A model generated the notes under the pieces. The model was given only the letters and a program-made list of their open reading frames with translations, was not told the DNA's origin and searched no databases. Made by a program: the position numbers and the translations under genes. Positions 1-11,600 of a stretch of DNA of 64,000 bases are shown here, piece by piece (position 1 is the stretch's first letter; each line of letters opens with the position of its first letter). The stretch comes from Corallochytrium limacisporum Hawaii (taxonomy: Eukaryota > Protista > Pluriformea), in assembly GCA_002811645.1 (NCBI GenBank), contig PDIP01000019.1:103592-167591 (forward strand). Direction: 5' to 3'.

Positions 1-427
1 CCCCCATCCAAAGTGAAGAGGAAGGGACGAGAAAAGGGGAGTGAGAGTGAGAGAGAGGCGCAAGGGGACCGAGGAACAAAGGAACAAAGATGAAAGGGAG
101 CGAACAGTATAGCGCGGAACACAACAAAGGACAACACTTGATATTTATCATTCACGTCGTTATCGCACCGTAATGACGGGCTTGGAGGAAATTCATGAAG
201 AAAATATTGGGAATCACGGACAATACCGCGTTACATATCTAAAAAAAAAATGGGAAAATCGCAACCTTCGGGTTTCGATTTACCGCCCCCCTCCCCCACA
301 CACTCGCGTTCAAGCTGTCGACTGCAGGTTGGTACACCCGCAAGCTCCGAGCTTAATCCCCCTCCGTGGTGAAACCAAAACCAAACCTGCGGGATATTGT
401 CTATAGAGGGCAGTTTAAAGAGAATTA

Positions 428-1300
428 CACGCACGCACACACACACACACGCGCAGAGAGAAGACCAGCACGGCTAGGCGAGGGGGAGAGAATGCACGGG
501 GAGAAGCCTCAAGGACAAAAACCACTTGTCTCCCTCGTACCCCAAGTTTTGGGGGAGAAGAGTGAGGTACAGAGTTTGAGAGCGAGATGCGCATCGTTGG
601 TGCGCTGGCCTCGTGCCTCAGCACACACACACACACACCCGAACATGGGCACCGGTGTTTTGGATCGTGAGCGTCACTTGGGCGCTCTTCTCCCCCCCCC
701 CCTTTTACTCCTCGTTCCGCCGTGTGATATTTTCATACAATTCTATTGACTTTGTGCGCCGGTAAGCGCGCGACGAGAAGAAGTACACTTGGCAGAACAC
801 GATTTAAAAATAGAGACGAGGAAAAGACGCGCAAGGAGAGGCGGCAGACCGGAGGAGGGAGTGTGAGAGAGAAAAAAAAATCGGCAAGGAAAGGGTGGGA
901 GGGAAGCCCAGGCAAGAGCAGGACGGAAATAAGGGAAGTTCGTCATGCCAACCGTTTTCTCGCCGNNNNNNNNNNNNNNNNNNNNNNNNNNNNNNNNNNN
1001 NNNNNNNNNNNNNNNNNNNNNNNNNNNNNNNNNNNNNNNNNNNNNNNNNNNNNNNNNNNNNNNNNNNNNNNNNNNNNNNNNNNNNNNNNNNNNNNNNNNN
1101 NNNNNNNNNNNNNNNNNNNNNNNNNNNNNNNNNNNNNNNNNNNNNNNNNNNNNNNNNNNNNNNNNNNNNNNNNNNNNNNNNNGGGGGGAAGGGAGAAAAA
1201 TTACGCACACTCCACTGCACACACACGCACACGCACACGCAGCGCAGAGAGTGTGTCAGAGACAGCCACAGAACACATACACACACACACACACGCGCGC
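428..1300. repeat. (CA)n/(CACG)n microsatellite clusters and purine-rich tracts upstream of the Zn-finger gene
   Basis: (AC)n runs at ~428-450, ~621-638 and ~1215-1295, with GA-rich tracts between. Confidence 0.85.
966..1182. other. Assembly gap (217 N)
   Basis: Run of N. Confidence 1.
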
Positions 1301-2098
1301 GCAGAGGAGGACCAAAAAAATGGGCCAAAAAAAAGGAGGGGGACGTGAGGGAAGGGAGAGGGAACCCTGGCCCGGGGGGGGGGAAGGGAAGCCGATGGTG
1401 CACTGTGTGTGTGCGGTGGAGAGGTATGCGTGTGGGGAGGGCGGTATGTGGCTGCTGAGGCGAGAGTCGTCTATCGCCCTTCAGGCCCGTGTGGGGTGAA
1501 AGGCTTCGAGGAGACCTCTGGCTCCACACCACACGCAACCGATCGCGCCTCTTCGGAACTGGCGATGACTTCGAAATTCTCTTCATTTACACAAGTTTCA
1601 GTGTCTTTGGAGATTCTCACATCCTCACCGGTGTGTTGCGGCTCCACATGGATCCCAGTGGAGAAGCACTTATGGTAAGAAAACAATTGCTGCGAGAATT
1701 GATCTAGCGTCGCAAAGCTATTTCGACATCGAAAACTTGGGTACAGTATGACGCAGAAGAGGTATCCTTGTAAAGAAACTCGGTAGCGTCCCTGTACTTG
1801 AATACGTTCTGACAGGCAGCGGAGAAGGCACACGTTTATGAATATTGATCGGAATAGGACACTGGCATACAAGGAGTGATACATAGCACTTGACGGACCG
1901 ACCTAAAAGATTGACCTCAGGGAGACAAGCTACAGTCATAAAGAACACAGGAATGAATTAAGTATTTCGGTCTTACATCTGGAGGAAAGAGATATTTATT
2001 CCCCCAGGGCAAGGGTAAACAAAGTAAACGGAACGGCTCACTGACTAAGCTTCAGAGAAACACCTGGTTTTCTGTTTAAACACGGATCAACGCGAACC

Positions 2099-4813
2099 AT
2101 GGGTAAACGCGTGGTGCGCTGCAAAGGGTGCCGCGAGAGCGGTCATCACAAACTTTGCAACGGAAGGCATCCCGCCTGCGAACGCAAATGTGCATATTGT
2201 GAAAAGAAGGGACTGGTCTGCAACGGCAAGGACTCCTTCTGCGGCAAGTATGGTAAGATTCTTCCGCAAAAGAAAGCTCACAGCGTTACCAGTGATATGA
2301 GCACCAGCCAAACGCGGATCTTGGGTGTCGGCCCTGACATGCCCTCCGTCATGGACGTGGGACGCCAGCAAGCAGCCTTTCAATTGGGCAACGAGGCTAA
2401 AAGGTTCAAGCATGATGGACGAGCCAGCCCACACGACGTGGGTGAGAGCGTAGACAGCGGCATAGTAACTTCAGAAGTCAACGGAAATACCGGGGTTGGT
2501 CCGGGTAGTGAACTGGATGACGAACACTTCAGCTCCTTCTTTGGACTCTCGGACAGCAGACGCAGCCAATCTGGCAGTCATTCTTCCGCTGCCATTTTCG
2601 GCCGGCAAGCGGCTGCGGACAGTAATGTAATTGGGCAGGCGTACTCCCGACAGGGACCTGGCAGCATTGACCCCAAGGCTACTATGGCTGGGCCTGGAGG
2701 GGTAGGGCTACAGAGTCATCAAAGCCGGCGTGGTGGCGCAGGAGGGCCGGGATCGACCACCAGCGGAGGTCCTCGCACCCATCGGGGCCAGGTTCCGTCT
2801 GTATCATCACGGCAACACCAGGGCCACTACAATGGTTCTATGACCGCTCCTGCCACACCTATGGACGACGGAGACGCGCTACTGACCTCGCTTCTTGAGG
2901 ATGGAATGAGCGGTCACCATGGCACGGAGGCGGAACTGAACGAGTCGCTGGCCGGCTCGCAGGTAACTCTGGACCCCACACATGCGAATGCTAGTCATAG
3001 TGGGCAAGGGGCCAGTGCTGGAAAGATGGACTTCCTGAGCTCACTTGGATGGTCTAACCTGGACATCTCCTCCTCCACCCTGCCTCATTCGGGAACCTCT
3101 CTGCGCAGTGAACAGCTTACCACGACTAATCCTAGCGCCAGGTTTGCCAGTAGCCAGCGGTACACAACCTCTGAACGCGGAGGTGTTCGAAACACGCGGA
3201 GCAGCGGCGGCCAGGAACTCTTCAGTTCAATGGACCGTTTGCAGGCCAACGCTGTTGCCTTACAACAGCGTGTGGTCCAGCAGCGCCAGTCGCGGGCACA
3301 GGCGGCCGCCGCGCAGGCTACAAAGGCTGCCGGTGGAGGGGCTCAGCGGCTGCTGCGTAGCGGCCATAGCCCATCCCAAGCGCGGGGCGGACTAGGCAGT
3401 CTGCCTGCTGACACGACAGACAATCTGCACCCGGCCACATCAGAGATTGTTCCGGAGCAGCTTAGCATCATGCACCATCTGGAAACTCGACTGCAAGAGG
3501 CCTCTAGCCCAATGACGGGTGGTCTCAAGGGATCGCAGAAGAGTAGCCAGCACCACCCCCAAGTCCAACAGCAAGCCACAGCTGCTGCCCACGGACTGCT
3601 ACGTCATTTGCAACATCCATCACAGACATCTGCCCAGCAGAAAGGTATGATTATTCCCGCTGCCTCTCCGTCCGACAGGCGCGGAGAGCGCGGAGGCCAC
3701 GTCTCACCCCGGCCCCAGAGTCCGCGGTCGTCGCAGATCGGCGGTATCCCATCCAAGTCCGGGCCGGGTTCGGCGAGTTCGGATGGCGGCACCGTGCGCA
3801 CCGTTCGGTCCGGCGCGAACCTCGCAGCCCCCTCAGCGAGCAGCGACGCCGCCATGCTCCGTTCGCAGGCTTTGCTGGCTCCATTAGGTCCGGTGCATTT
3901 CCGCCTGACCTTCCCTACTTTCCTTGCTGAGCCGGACACGTCTGCTTCTGGACCTGTGAAATCTACCTGCGAGGCTACTGAGCTGGCCTCAGGATCCATT
4001 TCTCCGTCTTCGCCGAAGGGAGCCGCTTCAGGTACGTCTTCGTCTACAACTCGTAGTGCCACTGTAATTGTGACAGCCTACAAAATTGGGCGGATGGTAT
4101 GCCTGAGCACTTCTCATTTCCGGGCGTTCCCGAAAAGCAAGGACGGAGGGGACGATGACCACCTCAACACCGACGACAACGCAATGGAAGATGGAACGGA
4201 AAATCAGCCGGAAATTATGCTCGAAACTTTGAATTCAATTCCGAGCGAATTTTGGCCCCTGAACTCGGTGACTCAATTCACGCACGCGGCCTTTACTGCA
4301 GAAGCGCTACATGAAGATGAAGAGGAGGACGGCGATGGCGAGGATATGATGGACCACAGTGACAATGAGCGCAAGGATAAGGATGAGGAAGAAGGACACG
4401 AGCAGCAGACTGGTATTAAGGCAGAGGCTAACGGCGAGCACGGACAACTTGTCGATGAGGACCACCAAGATGAGCAACAGCTGGGTACTGAGCGGTCCAT
4501 CATGAGCAAATCTGCGAACCGTCTTGGTGTGACCAAGGCCTCCACGAGCCGCATGGCCTCCCCGCGTCACAGTGGCCAGCTTCAGGCGAAGCGTAAGGCT
4601 ATTGCTGCGGTCATTCCCAGGAACGGACCTAGTGCGACGGTTCAGGGTGGCCCGGAGAGTGACATGACCTATCCTGAGGTCCTAAAGATCATGCTGACAA
4701 CCAAAGGCAGACTAGTACTTTCCCGGGCGGTCTATGGCGACATGGAGGACGCGGTCCTGGACCAGCCGTTCTCTGTTGATGCCACAACTATGAGCTATCT
4801 CGCACGGGCGTAA
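2099..4813 (+). CDS. Putative transcription regulator with N-terminal Cys8 (Zn2Cys6-like) zinc-binding domain and long S/G/Q-rich disordered body, 904 aa
   Basis: Long ORF with GAACCATG start. N-terminal CKGC-x8-CNGRHPAC-ERK-CAYC-EKKGLV-CNGKDSFC resembles a fungal-type binuclear cluster. Q/S-rich and acidic low-complexity regions follow. Confidence 0.7.
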   Translation: MGKRVVRCKGCRESGHHKLCNGRHPACERKCAYCEKKGLVCNGKDSFCGKYGKILPQKKAHSVTSDMSTSQTRILGVGPDMPSVMDVGRQQAAFQLGNEAKRFKHDGRASPHDVGESVDSGIVTSEVNGNTGVGPGSELDDEHFSSFFGLSDSRRSQSGSHSSAAIFGRQAAADSNVIGQAYSRQGPGSIDPKATMAGPGGVGLQSHQSRRGGAGGPGSTTSGGPRTHRGQVPSVSSRQHQGHYNGSMTAPATPMDDGDALLTSLLEDGMSGHHGTEAELNESLAGSQVTLDPTHANASHSGQGASAGKMDFLSSLGWSNLDISSSTLPHSGTSLRSEQLTTTNPSARFASSQRYTTSERGGVRNTRSSGGQELFSSMDRLQANAVALQQRVVQQRQSRAQAAAAQATKAAGGGAQRLLRSGHSPSQARGGLGSLPADTTDNLHPATSEIVPEQLSIMHHLETRLQEASSPMTGGLKGSQKSSQHHPQVQQQATAAAHGLLRHLQHPSQTSAQQKGMIIPAASPSDRRGERGGHVSPRPQSPRSSQIGGIPSKSGPGSASSDGGTVRTVRSGANLAAPSASSDAAMLRSQALLAPLGPVHFRLTFPTFLAEPDTSASGPVKSTCEATELASGSISPSSPKGAASGTSSSTTRSATVIVTAYKIGRMVCLSTSHFRAFPKSKDGGDDDHLNTDDNAMEDGTENQPEIMLETLNSIPSEFWPLNSVTQFTHAAFTAEALHEDEEEDGDGEDMMDHSDNERKDKDEEEGHEQQTGIKAEANGEHGQLVDEDHQDEQQLGTERSIMSKSANRLGVTKASTSRMASPRHSGQLQAKRKAIAAVIPRNGPSATVQGGPESDMTYPEVLKIMLTTKGRLVLSRAVYGDMEDAVLDQPFSVDATTMSYLARA

Positions 4814-4964
4814 GCCTTGCAATCTACTTTCTTGCACGGAAACTATAAATATATAACAGTAGATTATGATCGCTCCCCTGTGGCCAAATCAGCCATTGGG
4901 GAACTATATTCAGCGTGTGTTTCTGATATTGTGGATGTATATTAGGGGGTTTCGTATATATTCT

Positions 4965-7796
4965 TTAACTTTGGCGTCGCAGCCTGCGTCTGCCTCGTCC
5001 CGGCTGTAGCATTGGGGGCAGAATCGGTATGAGAAGCCGTCGACTGAAGTAGAGGAGACCGAGCACAACAAAGGTCCACAGCGCGCCCTGCCACAACCAT
5101 CGCAGCTGACGTTCGAGCCAGGACCGGCGTGGTCGGCGCGAGAAGATTGAATTAAACACGACCTTGCCCCGCGCGTAGAGCTGCTGCCGCGGATCGAGAG
5201 TGCCGACGTCATCGCCAGTTTCGCTCTCCGTGTCGCTAGCGTCAGCGTCGGTACTGCTACTACCGTCGCCACAGGCATCCAGACCCGCCACCGCCGCGCT
5301 TGGGTCAAGGTCCACAAGGTCGGCATCTGTGCCCCTGCGCACTCGTGCGAAATGATTGGTGCCATTTTCGTCTCGGAGGCGGGTCATCAATCGCCTGAGC
5401 AGCCAAAGGATCTTGTGCAGAGGTCTATCGCTCTCGCGGACCTGCCTCAGGGCCTGTATGGCCGACGGCAGGGGCTGGGAAAGGTGCTCGTCCTCTAACT
5501 CTTGCGCCGCCAGTCTCGCGTGGACTTTAAGCAAGTTATCGTCTGGTAGCGCTTGCGCGGCCATTGTCTCGGTCGAATCCTCAAGGTCCCGTAGAGCGCC
5601 TCCACTACATGAGTCCCCTTTGGTGGGCTCGTCCGAAAAATTGTCGCAGTCTTCGTCGATATCGCCATCGTCTGAGGCGCGGTGCAGACGCCGCGGTGTC
5701 TGTGCTATGAGCGGCATAAACTCGGCCTCATCATCATCAGCAACCAAAGCATCCTCTGCCACTGGAGGCAGACTTCCTGCACTCCAGCTCACGGCGGTCT
5801 CCAGGTCATGGCCGTGGTCGTCCCCCATAAAGCGCACTCCAGTCAGAGAGCGGGATTCCTGTACAGATGCTGGCGCCGTGAAGCGGTGGCGGCCGCGAGC
5901 GGGCTGGAACCGACGGGTTCGACGAGGGTTCCTCAAAGCTTCACTGAAGGTATCGGCCGCAAGAGTCTTCGTTTCCTTCGGCCTTTGCTTTGAGTCGTTC
6001 CAGAAGTCTGTGCCATCGAATAGTCCTTCGAAGCGATCAAATTTGCCCGCATCGATTGGCACTTTACCATGGGCCCAACGGTCCCATACAGAGGACGCCG
6101 TGCGTTTGAGCTCTTCAATCGGGGTCCGCTTGCCACTGAAATAATCCGTAGCCTCTTGTTCCATTGGGGAGAGGGGAGGGACGTTGTAGCCATACTTTCG
6201 AGCACGGCGGAGGTTGAATTTTGCGGGTTCGTGGCCGAGCTGGGCGGCCAGTGACCACGTATTAATCGCACGGCCCAAGTCTGGGGGAATTTTGTATTGC
6301 ACCCCTTCGCTCCCAGGAGTAGGGGTCGCAACACCAGTGGTCGTAGTGGTCAGCGGTGTCGGATGTGACATCTTGCGTCCTTTCTGCGGGGAAAGGTGCG
6401 GATTGTCTTTCTTGCGCTGCTGCGCGCACCGATATGGCACCCCCTCCGCTTCGATCACGCCGAGTTCATAGAGACATTCGGCCAGCCAGCGAGGTGGAAT
6501 AGGAGGCAGTCCTTCACTACTCTTCCACAAACCATCCCTCAGGCCGTCCAGAAGCCGTTTCGCCACATCACGATCGCGGGCTAGACCCCATTCTCCACGG
6601 CTGGCCGCCTTTGCGAGTACCAGTCTCGCCTCGCATGAGCCCATATTCGCAGCCAGAGTCACCAGATGCGCCCACCACAGCCGGTCATATTTCACGCTGG
6701 GCATCATGCTTGCACTGTCATTGATAGTGCTGGTGTGCAGGGGGGACGACGACACTGTCGAATTTACGGTCTTGTCCTGAAACGAATCATTCATTGTGCT
6801 GCTGCTATTCAGGCTGGTATTCACATCGGTCAGAGTGTACAACAAGTTTTCATGGTCTGCCTGACGCAGGATTTCATGCGCTGCGGCCAAGAGGATAGCC
6901 GGGTGCGGACCCTGACGCAGCAGCAGTTGCAGAATATCAGTACTTTCATCGACCGCCGTTGTGGCATCCGACAGCAACGAAATGTCGTTACCCTCAGTGA
7001 TGTTGCGCGCGTGGCGTCTAGCGCAAGCAATTGCCGTGGTCAGATCACACCGCTCCGGTCCATGGGCCGCAAATGCGGCGTAGTTGAGGACAAATGGGAA
7101 ATCCCAAGCCTTGTTACCGTATTTCTTGCAAATGCGTACTTCGATACGAGTGTCCAAGCCGTCCTCCTCGTCCGCAAAGAGCTGCAAAGCGGAAAGCATC
7201 CAGTCTATGGGCTGCTCAAATTGACCACAGATAACCTGTACCCAATCTTCTTCCTCGTCGTCTTCGTTGACATTCCGCCGTGTTAAGATTGGAGCCTTGC
7301 CTCTATCGGTGATTCGTTTCTCCGCAAAATATCTGGAGACCATGCCATGCCATCCGTCGTCGGCGATGGTGTCATTTCGTTCCTCTATGTTACCAATTAT
7401 TTTATGAGCGGTGTCTAGTGCTGCATTAGTGCCATCCCTAGTAGTAATTCGTCCCCCATATTCCACTGCTAGGGCCTCAGGATGGAACGAGCGCCGATCT
7501 GCAGTTGCGATTAGCCCCTCCCTTCGAATATAGACCCGCATACCAATTACATGCTCATCCTTGTTCCATTCAACGTGACTGAGCCGTCTAGCTACCCTGC
7601 GGTCTCGCGCAGGCGATATATATGTACCTGATGGGTCTTCATAATCCCACTGTATTTGAACATCGGACCTGTGCCACTTCCCCGTTAGCGCCGACACTTC
7701 AAGGATTACTTCGTCTGCTGTCTGTGTCCACTTCCACACCGGTGTAAGGGCACAGAACCTTGCCCTGATAGGGCCTCCGTCACTGTCCTTATCCAT
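4965..7796 (-). CDS. CS (p23/NudC-like) domain + SEL1-like repeats + C-terminal transmembrane anchor, 943 aa
   Basis: WKWTQTADEVILEV and VICGQFEQPID...IEVRICKK...W look like the two halves of a CS domain. AANMGSCEARLVLA...GLARDRDVAKRLL and DLGRAINTWSLAAQLGHEPAKFNL are SEL1-like. Hydrophobic WLWQGALWTFVVLGLLYFS is followed by a basic tail. Confidence 0.75.
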   Translation of the reverse strand: MDKDSDGGPIRARFCALTPVWKWTQTADEVILEVSALTGKWHRSDVQIQWDYEDPSGTYISPARDRRVARRLSHVEWNKDEHVIGMRVYIRREGLIATADRRSFHPEALAVEYGGRITTRDGTNAALDTAHKIIGNIEERNDTIADDGWHGMVSRYFAEKRITDRGKAPILTRRNVNEDDEEEDWVQVICGQFEQPIDWMLSALQLFADEEDGLDTRIEVRICKKYGNKAWDFPFVLNYAAFAAHGPERCDLTTAIACARRHARNITEGNDISLLSDATTAVDESTDILQLLLRQGPHPAILLAAAHEILRQADHENLLYTLTDVNTSLNSSSTMNDSFQDKTVNSTVSSSPLHTSTINDSASMMPSVKYDRLWWAHLVTLAANMGSCEARLVLAKAASRGEWGLARDRDVAKRLLDGLRDGLWKSSEGLPPIPPRWLAECLYELGVIEAEGVPYRCAQQRKKDNPHLSPQKGRKMSHPTPLTTTTTGVATPTPGSEGVQYKIPPDLGRAINTWSLAAQLGHEPAKFNLRRARKYGYNVPPLSPMEQEATDYFSGKRTPIEELKRTASSVWDRWAHGKVPIDAGKFDRFEGLFDGTDFWNDSKQRPKETKTLAADTFSEALRNPRRTRRFQPARGRHRFTAPASVQESRSLTGVRFMGDDHGHDLETAVSWSAGSLPPVAEDALVADDDEAEFMPLIAQTPRRLHRASDDGDIDEDCDNFSDEPTKGDSCSGGALRDLEDSTETMAAQALPDDNLLKVHARLAAQELEDEHLSQPLPSAIQALRQVRESDRPLHKILWLLRRLMTRLRDENGTNHFARVRRGTDADLVDLDPSAAVAGLDACGDGSSSTDADASDTESETGDDVGTLDPRQQLYARGKVVFNSIFSRRPRRSWLERQLRWLWQGALWTFVVLGLLYFSRRLLIPILPPMLQPGRGRRRLRRQS

Positions 7797-8607
7797 TAGG
7801 ACTGTACATTATGTTTTCAATATGTCTTCAGAATTCATCTTATACACCCTGTAAGCTGTTGTAAGATTGCGCTTGACAGCTAGTCACAAGGGACAACCAG
7901 CTCGACACCTCCTACTGGATCCTTGTCATACAAATAGGTTTCCTAATATCACCTGGATCCAACATTTTGGTGCCCGAAGAAATAAAGCCATTATCGTGAA
8001 GAGAAAGGCGTAATTTAGGCATTTGAAAGCCCTTTGTGGGTCACCAGCACTGATAACCCAAGTCCACTACCCAATCCGAGAGACCCGCACCCTGGTGCAA
8101 ATGACTCCTCACTCCCGACGTTCGCCCTTCCCAACCACCACCAGATAACCCCCCTCCCCTGCCCAAATATGCCCGGTACCAGCCCAATACTTTGGCCATA
8201 CCAGCCGATCGGGAAAAGAGAAGGCCAGGAGAGGTAGGCTCTACGGCTCAATACTAAAAATAGGAAGTGGATCGGAGTCTATTTTCTTGTCAAATATGTC
8301 CGCTTTACATCCGGGCCTTTCTATGTTGCGAAGGGGGGGAGAGGTCGGGAGCAACGCCCGTGGCCTTCCAATCCCATGCACCTGAGAGGGGCCGGTGTGC
8401 ACAGATTCTTGTGTGGCTATTTCAGATTCAAGGCTTTGATCTGAGGAACATCGGTTGTGTATACCGGTTTTTAAGTTGCTTCGAACAGATATTTTGTAAA
8501 TCTTAAGATATGCGATAAACACTGAACGAATATGACAGACAGACAGCGCATGAGATTGGCGAATAGTGTCAGATCTGAATGGCCGATCGGGTGAGGTTTC
8601 TATCACT

Positions 8608-11600
8608 ATGTTCTTGACCGCACGAATGCGGTCAAGAATGCAAATCCCAAGGGGTCATAACATTTTGAAGCCGCGGTTTAAAGTTCGTGATAATGTTCCC
8701 TCTAAATCATCGGCTCCAAAAGCTCCTGTGCTTCTGCTTAGAGAACCCCCCACAAAGACGAGCCGTGAGTTGTTCCGATACAGCATGGGAGCCCGTAGAG
8801 CATTATCTTTGCCGGCACTCGGGGACGATGGAACACAACAGTCAGCAAAAGCAATTTCAAACCTCTTGGGTCAAAGATTAACATATGAGAGCTTCTCTCA
8901 GCATCTCCGGGAATGTCTAAAGGCTGGTCTCATTGACAGTGCATCGACAGGGACACCAACTTCAGTGGGAAGTAGAAGGAAACTTCTAACAAACATGACA
9001 GAAACATTAATAACCGTGGCAGACGAACACATTGAAGGCAAGCTAACAAAGCAGCGATTGGGACTATTAGCGTTAAGTTGTAATCTTGCGGTTGACAATG
9101 TGGAGTCAGCCAGGGCAATCTCAGACTTTCTTCATAGTCGGACTGATGAAGGTGTTAGTGCTCCAGTTTTGAGGGTACTGGCTCATTACATGGAACGCAG
9201 GGATTCAGAGTTTCAAGAACGTACCTTGGTTGAGAGATTTCAAGACTTCATACCTGCTGCAAAGTTGGAAACTTCGGCAGCATATAATGGCATGATCTTA
9301 GGCCTTGCTGAAGCAGGCTGCCTTCCACAAACCATTCAGAGCGCATCCGATGCATATACTTTCATTAGTGAAGAACAGAAGTCTCTTCCGCTTTTTGTGG
9401 CGCTCAATATTGCACGCATAACGCATGAAGGTGGTCGAAGAACAATGGCGAAGCATCTTTTTGGTGCTCCGAAGGACCATCTGGCACATGGTATGCCAGA
9501 CCTTTTGTGGCATTTGAAGTTGTCACAGAATCGTGATGTCTTGCCGCTTGGCAATTCCGAAATCAGAGAAATTGCAATGTGGGTGAGACCGGTGCCTTCT
9601 TTGATGGCAACACGGATAGATGGTGCCAACAACTGCGTGAATAGCATCTTTATGATGATGGGAATTAATGAGCGGGGTCCGTATGAGGAGGATCTCATCG
9701 TAGGCGCTGCACCTGTGCAGGGTTTGAAAGACCGCTATATCGACTTACGGGGTGCCTTGAGATTGCTGAATCATTACACAAGCGACTCATCTCTCGAAGC
9801 CTTGCTCACAGACAGAGACATTGCAAGATTGAAGAGAGCAATTATGGCAGGACTTGTGGCCCGCGAGGGCCCTGAAAATGCCCAAAAGGTTTTCGACCGC
9901 GAGGGCACAAAGAATGTGTTAGGCTATCACTGGGCTCATCCGTCAACCAACGATATGCCAATCATGCTCACCCTGCTAGGAGGATATGTCAATAACTTGC
10001 AAGGGTTGAACAGCACAGACTGGTGGGCCAATGGTCGGTGGTGGATCAATTTAAAGGCAAGGGAGGATCTTCTGCCAACCGACATCATGCACGCAGGGTC
10101 GGATCTAGCCCAGGCATATCTGATTAAGGGATCACTGGCATCCATTGAAAAAGGTCTCCGAATTGTGTGCGAATTGAAGCCGGTAAATTTGAAAGGAGAC
10201 GCTCAAGGCATGTTCACACTCCGTCGCTCATTGGAGCATCTAGTCAATGTATGTACTAACATGCCCACCTACGAGGACCTGCGCGAACGCAGCCCGACTG
10301 GACCAGGGATGCCCCGCAAGATGTGGGAAGAACTTAACATTGAGGCAATGAACCGACTTCTTGAAGTTCACGGGAAATCATGGGGCCACCGTGGGCTGAT
10401 CTGGCGCTTATTTAGTACAGTCGCTGGTCTTGACTCTCCGGAAGTCATGAAAAGAACAGTTGCCCTGGATCACACCGCTCTAGTAACGCAATTTCAAACT
10501 CTCCAGCACCAGTTTGTCAATATTCCTTCAGGAACACTAGTGCACATTGGTCTGCGGTTGATGCAAACCTGCTGGATGCATGGTCAACCAGATACAGCCG
10601 ATATGATCTTCGAAAAAGTCATGGCTGCTTACTTTGGGAAACACAGGCTGCATTGGTGGGAGATTTTTACCCCCAAAACAATTCTGCAGCAGCGCGATCC
10701 ACAGCGACTTTTGAGTTTTCTGGAGCAGGAAGGGGTCCACTTGCAGTTGAAGGATGATCAAATGCATGCGTTGGAGAATTTGATATCTCTGCAGAATATG
10801 AATGGGCCTGGCAGGGTGTACTCTAGTGTCCAAGACACAACTGAGTTTAACAAGACCTGGACTGATCTGATTTCCACAGTGAGGGCGCTGCCAGCTGCAA
10901 GTGAAATGGCACTTCATGCACCGGAAATGTTTGATGTCCGTCGTCCTTCGTCTTTATCAGGGCTAGTCAGTTATACGGATATCCGGTCTTGGCGACTAGC
11001 GTTTCTGTACTCGGTCATGTTCAGTCCGTCATACTGTGAGCTTCCTGCGTTTCTGCCCGACGTGAATCCCGAACTTGTGCAGCCCATCGTTAATATCATC
11101 CGCGAGGAATCCATGTTTGATCCCCATGGCACCCAAAAGTTCATCACAACAATGGTAGAAAAGGCGACCCAAAGTGGCCCCACACAGCCGTACAAGGCAC
11201 CTGCTTGGAGTGAACTGATCGTTCCTCAAAACCATTTGCCATGGCCAAAGGCCTTTTGTCTCTTCAACAGATTCTGGATTGGGATTCTGTTGCCTCCGTT
11301 TGCGTCAGGGATGAAAAATTTGCGCCGCGTGGCCGACGAGGATGTCCACTTGATGCGCCAGGCCATGCTGTGCCACACAACGGTAGGTCATGTAGCTTCC
11401 GTATGGCAGCAACTGCCACCTGCGCTACTGGAGACGATTGCGCGTCGTTTTGACATGATCAGAGGGCTGTACGGGAACCGAGACAAACCAATCCCGGCCC
11501 ATATTCTTCGACCCTTCCTGGATGAAGTCTATCGGGTACGACCTGAAATCATGGGTTCAGAGAGTCCCGAGCATCCGCCCATGAATCCCAGCCCTGTGGA

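Noticed and set aside
1488-1537. Possible stem-loop CGTGTGG...GAGG-AGA-CCTC...CCACACG
   Set aside because: Short pairing only, with no TPP-riboswitch, snoRNA or ribozyme core motifs
173-1948. Many overlapping ORFs, including those that cross the N gap
   Set aside because: They are translations of (CA)n and GA-rich low-complexity DNA and Ns, with no domain signal
5356-6144. 262-aa antisense ORF and similar shadows (e.g. 30594-31337, 37470-38111, 48299-48856, 59702-60334)
   Set aside because: They lie opposite well-supported genes and are expected from codon bias at this GC content
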